Shown here: positions 8,415 through 14,506 of the stretch, piece by piece
Numbering within the stretch: the stretch's first letter is position 1
How the letters are laid out: the number at the start of each line of letters is the position of its first letter
Assembly: GCA_964530725.1 (NCBI GenBank)
Contig: CAZGYV010000001.1
Coordinates: forward strand, 15,829 to 79,828
Reading direction: 5' to 3'
Length of the DNA: 64,000 bases
Origin: an uncultured Candidatus Saccharibacteria bacterium
Lineage (GTDB): Bacteria; Patescibacteriota; Saccharimonadia; CAILAD01; CAZGYV01
Position numbers and translations under genes: made by a program
The notes under the pieces: generated by a model
Databases searched by the model: none
Told to the model about the DNA's origin: nothing
Seen by the model: only the letters and a program-made list of their open reading frames with translations

Positions 8415-8575
8415 GTTTTTCTCCTTAAAAATAAAAACGACACCACGCTTGGTGTCTAAACCAGTAACAGAGTTTTTAAGCCCGATTACTTCGCATGGTG
8501 CCGTTTTCAAGGCTTAAAACCACGCAAAATTACTTGCGGTACTCTATAACTGGTTTAGACTATTTCATTATATAA
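8415..8575 (-). promoter_or_regulatory. structured 5' leader: long closing stem, two internal hairpins, then a terminator-like hairpin abutting the SD
   Basis: Arms 8454-8473 and 8541-8560 pair 18/20. Inner stems are 8474-8482/8511-8519 (9 bp) and 8523-8527/8534-8538 (5 bp). Hairpin GACACCA-cgct-TGGTGTC (8439-8456) is followed on the minus strand by GTTTTTATTTTT and then AAGGAG-ATG. Confidence 0.45.
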
Positions 8576-8856
8576 CAAAAACACCCCCATGTTGCTCAAA
8601 TCACCCCTGAGCCCAAACGATATTTTGCGTTTAAAATCAAAAGTTGATGTTATGCCCATCTCGTAGATAAAAGTGCGTGTTTTGACGGTTTATTTACAGT
8701 ATGTTGGTCGATTATTTTGCTTCCAAAATTAAAAGATGAGCATAAGTCCACCTCACAAATATGAGCGAAAAAAATGAAGCAAGTTCAGCGGTATTTCCGA
8801 CCACTATGGAGTTTTTGGTTATCCACAGACACTTGTCAAAATAAACATAAAAGGTA

Positions 8857-8885
8857 TTGACTTTTTGGGCAAAGTTTGATATAAT
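8857..8885 (+). promoter_or_regulatory. near-consensus sigma70-type promoter
   Basis: TTGACT (8857-8862), a 17-nt spacer, then TATAAT (8880-8885). Confidence 0.6.
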
Positions 8886-8891
8886 ACCAAC

Positions 8892-9128
8892 AGTTAATGA
8901 CGTGGTACACATGTTAAATCTCTTAGCTAAATCATACACAGAACCGACACGGCGTGGTGTTTAGCTAGTTATTTGATAGTCCTATAGTCACTACTCTTGT
9001 TGGAAGCAATAAAGAGAGAGCATCAGAGTTTCGCCTTCGTGAAAATATGCCCATTCTCCTACGTTGTCCTACTAAATAATTAGTAAGATAACAGGCTGAT
9101 TTAGTACGCCCTCGGACGGGTGTTTTTT
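8892..9128 (+). ncRNA. candidate ~235-nt non-coding transcript (or leader of the recombinase operon)
   Basis: Runs from the consensus promoter at 8857-8885 to a weak terminator: CGCCC-tcggac-GGGTG plus TTTTTT (9107-9128). Only 6-17-codon ORFs lie inside. It contains several hairpins, e.g. CTACTAAataaTTAGTAAG. Confidence 0.35.
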
Positions 9129-9154
9129 ATATCTGCCAAAGAATAAGGGTTAAC

Positions 9155-9376
9155 ATGCCACGACAAAGAACATGGAGCGGTCAGATGCTCACAATATCAG
9201 ATAAACCTATCATTACCACAGGAGAAGCTCGCAAGATACTAGGCAAGGGTTACGAAGAGCTTTCAGATGAACACCTAATGGGAGTAATTGTTTCACTTTC
9301 TAAGATAGCAGACTATTTCCTGACTAGGATTAGTGTTCCAGAAAACTATAAGGTATGTGGTAAAATGGGGATATGA
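9155..9376 (+). CDS. small protein (73 aa), possible HTH/recombination directionality factor
   Basis: ATGA-coupled to the recombinase start. The segment ITTGEARKILGKGYEELSD looks like a helix-turn-helix. I recognise no family. Confidence 0.4.
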   Translation: MPRQRTWSGQMLTISDKPIITTGEARKILGKGYEELSDEHLMGVIVSLSKIADYFLTRISVPENYKVCGKMGI

Positions 9377-10971
9377 ATACGATGGATAAAAAAGAGCCAA
9401 TCAAAGTTTATGGTTATAAGCGTGTGTCTACTGAGGAGCAAGTTGATGGGATGTCTTTACATACTCAAGAGCTTGCAATTCAAGCCTACGCAGAGCAGCA
9501 CAATCTTGAGGTGGTGCATATCTTTCATGACGATGGAATATCCGCCAAAACAGCCAAGCGCCCGCAACTTCAAGAGATGCTCGCAAAACTCACAGCCAAA
9601 GATAACGAGGTGCGTGGTGTAGTTGTTTACAATCTCAGTCGTATCTCTCGTGATTTAGAGTCATACAGTCGTGATATAGGCTATCATCTTTCGGCAAAAG
9701 GCGTTCGTCTGTACTCTACAGTTGAAAACATTGACGATACACCAGAGGGTCGTTTGATGCGTAATATTGCACTCTCTATCCACCAGTACGATAACGATAC
9801 AAAAAGTCGAACAGTTAAAGACAATATGAAACAAGTTGCTCTTGAGGGTTGGTGGCAAGGCAATATCCCCTACGGATATAGCCGTGTTAAAGTACCGATT
9901 GGCATTAAGGACAAAGACGGTAAAACTAAGGAGCGTCTCACTCTCGAACCTGATAGCAATAACGACTTGAGCGACAAGATGCGTATGATGCTAGAGCGGT
10001 TCAGTGAGGGTGATTTGAAACAGTCCGAGCTTACTGATTATGCTGAGAGTATCGGCCTATACAGCCCAAAGGGTGAACGTTTTGCACCTCAGTCAATGAA
10101 TAACATTCTAAGAAATATTACCTATGCGGGCTTTGTGTGTAATAAGATGACAGACTTTGAACCTGTAAAGGCTAAACACGTAGGTCTTATCTCGCTTGAG
10201 ACATATTTACGTAATCAGGCTGTTCTTGATGGTCGTAAGCCTGATGAGGCGATGCCTCGCTTTACTGCTAGCTACCCTCTCAAGCACTCTCTGTTATGTA
10301 TTAACTGTCATAAACCCTTAACAGGTAGTGCACCTACTGGAGGTTCTGGTAAGAGCTCACCTCGCTATCACTGCACAAGATGTACGGGTACTGGCTCAAA
10401 AGGTCTTGATAGAACGAATGAGCTATTTGAAGCATTCTTAAACGATGTTACGCCTACAGATAAGATGATTAAGCTCTTTGATGTGATTGTACGCCGTATC
10501 GCCAAAGACAAGCTCTCAAACGTGAATAAGGCTATCAGCGATGTTAGAGACGATATGACCAAGATAGACACTGATATGCAGAAAGCACTTCAGTCTATGC
10601 TCGATGGCGATATCAGTAAGCAAGAGAAAGAAGACTACCAGTCGTCATTACGTATTAAGCGACTCAACCTAGAGGACGAACTTAATAAGCTACGAGACAT
10701 ACAGAGCCTCAATGAGTCTACTATTACCTATGTTTGTAACTTTATGGACGCTCCTGCTCGTATGTGGCAAGATGCAGACGCAGAGACAAAAGTCATCTTC
10801 CAACAGATGGTTACAGAGAACGGTATTGTATTCGACCTCAAGAACGAAAAGTTTGGAACGGACGGTTTGAGTATGTTTTACAGATTGAAAGACAACAAAA
10901 AAGACCCATCAAAGGCTGATGAGTCCCTTATGGTGATCCCACGGGGAATCGAACCCCGGTTACCAGGATGA
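9373..10971 (+). CDS. large serine recombinase (532 aa)
   Basis: Resolvase-type N-terminal domain (VYGYKRVSTEEQ with catalytic Ser; GISAKT..RPQLQEML; VVVYNLSRISRD). Recombinase domain (WQGNIPYGY). Zn-ribbon CINCH...YHCTRC. Coiled-coil C-terminal region. The last 41 nt overlap tRNA-Glu in antisense. Confidence 0.9.
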   Translation: MNTMDKKEPIKVYGYKRVSTEEQVDGMSLHTQELAIQAYAEQHNLEVVHIFHDDGISAKTAKRPQLQEMLAKLTAKDNEVRGVVVYNLSRISRDLESYSRDIGYHLSAKGVRLYSTVENIDDTPEGRLMRNIALSIHQYDNDTKSRTVKDNMKQVALEGWWQGNIPYGYSRVKVPIGIKDKDGKTKERLTLEPDSNNDLSDKMRMMLERFSEGDLKQSELTDYAESIGLYSPKGERFAPQSMNNILRNITYAGFVCNKMTDFEPVKAKHVGLISLETYLRNQAVLDGRKPDEAMPRFTASYPLKHSLLCINCHKPLTGSAPTGGSGKSSPRYHCTRCTGTGSKGLDRTNELFEAFLNDVTPTDKMIKLFDVIVRRIAKDKLSNVNKAISDVRDDMTKIDTDMQKALQSMLDGDISKQEKEDYQSSLRIKRLNLEDELNKLRDIQSLNESTITYVCNFMDAPARMWQDADAETKVIFQQMVTENGIVFDLKNEKFGTDGLSMFYRLKDNKKDPSKADESLMVIPRGIEPRLPG

Positions 10972-11005
10972 GAACCTGGCGTCCTAACCGCTAGACGATG
11001 GGACC
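10931..11005 (-). tRNA. tRNA-Glu (anticodon CUC), 75 nt with encoded CCA
   Basis: Manual cloverleaf: acceptor GGTCCCA/TGGGATC, D-arm GTCT-AGCGGTTA-GGAC, anticodon arm CCAGG-TTCTCAT-CCTGG, T-arm CGGGG-TTCGATT-CCCCG, discriminator A, then CCA. Confidence 0.9.
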
Positions 11006-11122
11006 ATTGTCATATTATATACATTATACCATATTTACACTACTTTTTCTAGTCCTAGGGTTCAGGCAGTTTAGGTAATAATATCTCATTGTACTTGTGC
11101 TAAAATAGTATTAAAGAAGTAT

Positions 11123-12358
11123 ATGGCAAACAAAAAACAACTCCCAAAAAGTTTTGATATCTCGGTACGGCGTCGATCGGTTAAAACGACTGATAAGAAT
11201 GACTCGAGCCTAGCCGCCAGTCAGGCTGAAGAGTCCGGCAAGGGCTTGTCGACCACGAAAAGTGATGATGACAAGCTACTCTCCTCGCCTGCTAAAAAAC
11301 GCCTATCGAAAAAAGCCAAAATCATCATAGCTGTCGTGGCCGGCGTATTTGTGGTGGTGGCCATCGTGGCGACTATCTACTTTTTAAATAAGAGTAAGCC
11401 CCAGGCAAGTCGCACTCAGACTGGTGTCAAGGTCTCGCAACCACCGGCCAAGCCACCAACCGCACCCAGCCCCTTGACTGGCGTTGAAGTTGATCCAGCC
11501 GCTGCTAAGCAGCCGGTTGTGGCTGTGGTGGTAGAGAATCTCTACCCTAGCGCTCGTCCGCAATCCGGGCTATCCGATGCTGGCGTGGTTTACGAGGCTC
11601 TAGCTGAGGGCGGCATCACCCGCTATCTGGCCTTGTTTCAAGATCACCTGGCAGCTGATATCGGTCCGGTGCGCTCTTTGCGGACTTATTTTGTCGACTG
11701 GGGCTTGGAGCACAACGCGCCAGTGGCTCATGTTGGCGGCAATGCCGACGCGCTTGATCTCATTAAGCCGCTGGGCATGAAAAACCTCGATCAGTTTCAT
11801 AATGGCAGTTATTTCCGGCGCATAAATACCCGTGCCGCGCCGCATAATGTTTATATCAAAAGCGAGCAGATGAAAAAGCTGCTGAATGATCGCGGCTTTG
11901 GCGGACCGCCAGATTTTAAGCCGTGGCCGCGCAAAGACGACACTAAGTCGCAGAGCTTAACCGCCTCGACTATTGAAGTTAATTTCTCCGGTCCGGACTA
12001 TAAAGCCCGCTTCGACTACGATCCGGCCACCAACAGCTACACTCGCTTTATTCGCAATGCGGCTGATATCGATGCTAACACTAAGGCGCCGATTAAAACT
12101 AAGAACATCATCGCGATGTATATGCCGACGCAATTCGGCGTTACTCGAATCGGCGAGTCGACTGTCGTCATGCAGACGGTCGGCAGCGGCAAGGCGGTGA
12201 TTTTCACAGATGGCGTGGCGACCGAAGCTACCTGGAAAAAAACTGACCACAAGGCACGTACTCAATTTTTAGACGCTAACGGCGCCGAGATCAAGCTCAA
12301 TCGAGGCCAAACCTGGGTGTCGGTGGTACCGGTCGGTAAAAGCGTTAGCTATAAATAA
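11123..12358 (+). CDS. DUF3048-family secreted/membrane-anchored protein
   Basis: N-terminal TM anchor (IIIAVVAGVFVVVAIVATIYF). Motifs PVVAVVVENLYPSARPQSGLSDAGVVYEALAEGGITRYLALFQ and GPVRSLRTYFVDW are typical of DUF3048 (YerB-like) proteins. Confidence 0.75.
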   Translation: MANKKQLPKSFDISVRRRSVKTTDKNDSSLAASQAEESGKGLSTTKSDDDKLLSSPAKKRLSKKAKIIIAVVAGVFVVVAIVATIYFLNKSKPQASRTQTGVKVSQPPAKPPTAPSPLTGVEVDPAAAKQPVVAVVVENLYPSARPQSGLSDAGVVYEALAEGGITRYLALFQDHLAADIGPVRSLRTYFVDWGLEHNAPVAHVGGNADALDLIKPLGMKNLDQFHNGSYFRRINTRAAPHNVYIKSEQMKKLLNDRGFGGPPDFKPWPRKDDTKSQSLTASTIEVNFSGPDYKARFDYDPATNSYTRFIRNAADIDANTKAPIKTKNIIAMYMPTQFGVTRIGESTVVMQTVGSGKAVIFTDGVATEATWKKTDHKARTQFLDANGAEIKLNRGQTWVSVVPVGKSVSYK

Positions 12359-12787
12359 TTAATTACTGATATTGACAGTCGTGGTAGTGGAGTTGGTCAC
12401 AGCAGCGTTACCACCATTGCCTGATTGAGCTGACTGACTGGAATTATTGCTGACTGAGACATTGGTCGAGCCGTCTTCGTGCTGAACAGTCGAGCTGTGC
12501 GTCGAGGAGACGGCACCCTCACCTGTTTCGCTCTGCTCACTTTTTTGCTCGATAGTGACTACCGGGTCTTGGCTTGGTTGCTCCATTTGCGGGTTCTCCT
12601 TTGTATCCGGTAGTTTAACGGCGGGCTTGATGGTGGTCTGTGTCGCAACTAGGCTCTGCGTGGCGGCCAGACTCACTCCGCCAAGAATGGCGAGTACAAA
12701 AAATACAGCGCCAATCTTGGTCCATAGTTGATAGGTTGGATTAGAGTGAATCACTATCGAACTCCTCCCCTGAATAATATTGTACAC
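12359..12787 (-). CDS. secreted Asn/Ser/Thr-rich protein with SipW-type-looking signal (start uncertain)
   Basis: Signal anchor WTKIGAVFFVLAILGGVSLAATQSLVATQT. The C-terminus ...SGNGGNAAVTNSTTTTVNISN parallels the C-terminal module of the upstream SipW ORF. Confidence 0.5.
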   Translation of the reverse strand: MYNIIQGRSSIVIHSNPTYQLWTKIGAVFFVLAILGGVSLAATQSLVATQTTIKPAVKLPDTKENPQMEQPSQDPVVTIEQKSEQSETGEGAVSSTHSSTVQHEDGSTNVSVSNNSSQSAQSGNGGNAAVTNSTTTTVNISN

Positions 12788-12820
12788 GATAAAAATTGTC
12801 TGTAAGAAATCTTGGATTGT

Positions 12821-13744
12821 TTACGGCTGAATGTTGACAGTCGTATTGGTGTTGTTCGAATTTGTCGCCTCTCCGCCGCTGCTGGTTTGCTGATTATTGT
12901 TGATAATATTGATATTATTGGTGTTTTCCTCATAAATCGAGCAGTTGTCATTAAATGTAATTTCATTAATCGAGCCCGGGCCGGTATTAGTGATTGTGGC
13001 GCTATTTTCTCCTTGCCCGCAAGGATTGTTACCGCCCTGCGAGTTGACTGATATCGTGTTGCCAATCAGGCTAGCCTGCGAAAAAAGAGCTGCCCAGCCT
13101 ACGCCGCTAGCGGCTATAAAGATGAAAAACACAAAGACGGCGCGTTTTATCAGCCCATCTATACTGGAAGGATGCTTCCTGGGGCTTGCTTGGTCGGACG
13201 GGTGGTTCTGCGGAGGTTTATTGTCGTGATCGTTTTTTTGATTTTTCGGCTCAACCTCGGGGTGCTGAAGTGATCGCCGCAGCAGCCTAATTTCATCAAA
13301 AATTATAAACGCGGCCGGTATAAAGACAAAAATGATTAGTAGCGGCCAACCTCGGGCATAGCTGAACGCTTGGCCGATTTTTGGATAATGCCAAATTACT
13401 TTACCGACAACATTGCCGCCCATGATCTCTTGATCGGCTACTTGATTTGCGTCACCCTTGGTGATGAGAGTTGGCAAGCCATTGCTTTTTATTTCGACGA
13501 CGCGGTGAGTAATGGTTTGTTTCGGATTATTGGGGTTGATATAGGTAACGACATCACCGGATTTTAGTTGCCTAATCGGCTCGCGCTTGATGACTATCAG
13601 CGAGCCTTGCGGGATGGCGGGGTCCATACTGCCGGTTAGTACCGACATGGCTTTGAGGCCGGTTACAGGCAACAGAAAGACCGCGAGTATGGCCCCGCTG
13701 ACAACACAGATCGCAGCGGCTATAATTTTGATAGCTTTGATCAT
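12821..13744 (-). CDS. sipW: signal peptidase I, SipW/archaeal type, fused to an Asn-rich substrate-like C-terminal module
   Basis: LTGSMDPAI (catalytic Ser), ITHRVVEI (His) and TKGDAN, with N- and C-terminal TM helices within aa 1-155. Residues 199-307 form a second signal-anchor plus an ITNTGPGS...NTNTTVNIQP module. Confidence 0.75.
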   Translation of the reverse strand: MIKAIKIIAAAICVVSGAILAVFLLPVTGLKAMSVLTGSMDPAIPQGSLIVIKREPIRQLKSGDVVTYINPNNPKQTITHRVVEIKSNGLPTLITKGDANQVADQEIMGGNVVGKVIWHYPKIGQAFSYARGWPLLIIFVFIPAAFIIFDEIRLLRRSLQHPEVEPKNQKNDHDNKPPQNHPSDQASPRKHPSSIDGLIKRAVFVFFIFIAASGVGWAALFSQASLIGNTISVNSQGGNNPCGQGENSATITNTGPGSINEITFNDNCSIYEENTNNINIINNNQQTSSGGEATNSNNTNTTVNIQP

Positions 13745-13796
13745 GGTTTAAATTCCGCTCATACTTTATAAATTTATTATTAAGGTTTTATTTTAT

Positions 13797-14333
13797 TTAA
13801 GGTTGTGTGCCGGTAAACACGACATCAAAATTGTCAATGGTCGCCTGCGTGCCAGTAACAGCATCAGTGTCCACCTTGATTACGAGCTTGTAATTACTTG
13901 TCACACCAGCGTTGATCGTTTCTACTGCCACATTGCTGTTAATTAGATTGGCTAGTGTTGTGGTAACGACATTGCTGTCGTCTAGCCGGTTGATTTTAAC
14001 GTGAACTTTAGCAAAGTCAGTGAAGTTCGAGTAAGTTGGCACTACTGGTACATGAGCGGTTACGCCAAGATTGACGCCGCCGTTGTTTTTGAGGTCAAAC
14101 AGGAATGGCAGAGTATCATTTCCAGGTACAACATTGGTCCAGCTATTACCTTGGGCAGTCGAACCAAAAGTGCCAGTTGTATTGATCTGCAAGTCGGCCG
14201 AAGCGGTCGACAGCGTGTTGCTCGTCAAAGTAGCAGTTGAGCCTAGGTTCGCGAAGGTCACGCCTACTACCAGCGCCATAGTAGCACCAATAGAAACGAT
14301 TGCTCGCGAGATAGCCGCGCGCTTAGTCACCAT
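13797..14333 (-). CDS. TasA/camelysin-like protein with SipW-dependent-type signal peptide
   Basis: ATG MVTKRAAISRAIVSIGATMALVVGVTFANLGSTATLTSNTLSTASADLQI is preceded by an SD (GGAAGGGGGTGAtatgtATG). The N-terminal pattern (basic-hydrophobic-TFAxL...N.L...DL) is that of SipW-cognate signals, and the gene lies directly upstream of sipW. Confidence 0.6.
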   Translation of the reverse strand: MVTKRAAISRAIVSIGATMALVVGVTFANLGSTATLTSNTLSTASADLQINTTGTFGSTAQGNSWTNVVPGNDTLPFLFDLKNNGGVNLGVTAHVPVVPTYSNFTDFAKVHVKINRLDDSNVVTTTLANLINSNVAVETINAGVTSNYKLVIKVDTDAVTGTQATIDNFDVVFTGTQP

Positions 14334-14506
14334 ACATATCACCCCCTTCCTATATAGATTAGCCTCACAAAAGCTTAAGCTTTATTATACACCTTTCACA
14401 ATAATTACAATGAATTTTTGTACAGACTTATATAAATGCTAAAAAACATACTTTGCGCTATAATTGTAGTTAGAATGATTGTTATGCTATCTCAAGGATC
14501 ACTCCC

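Larger units (their letters stand above)
3901..10971 (+). mobile_element. AT-rich integrative island at tRNA-Glu (serine-recombinase type); left border approximate (3.75-4.05 kb)
   Basis: GC drops visibly. A large serine recombinase sits at the right end and abuts/overlaps the tRNA-Glu 3' end. A tRNA-3'-like remnant and a terminator mark the left end. The cargo genes have no housekeeping character. Confidence 0.55.

Noticed and set aside
8712-8939. 75-aa minus-strand ORF in the island's non-coding region
   Set aside because: It has no SD and an odd composition. It also spans, in antisense, the near-consensus plus-strand promoter at 8857-8885, so it is probably spurious.
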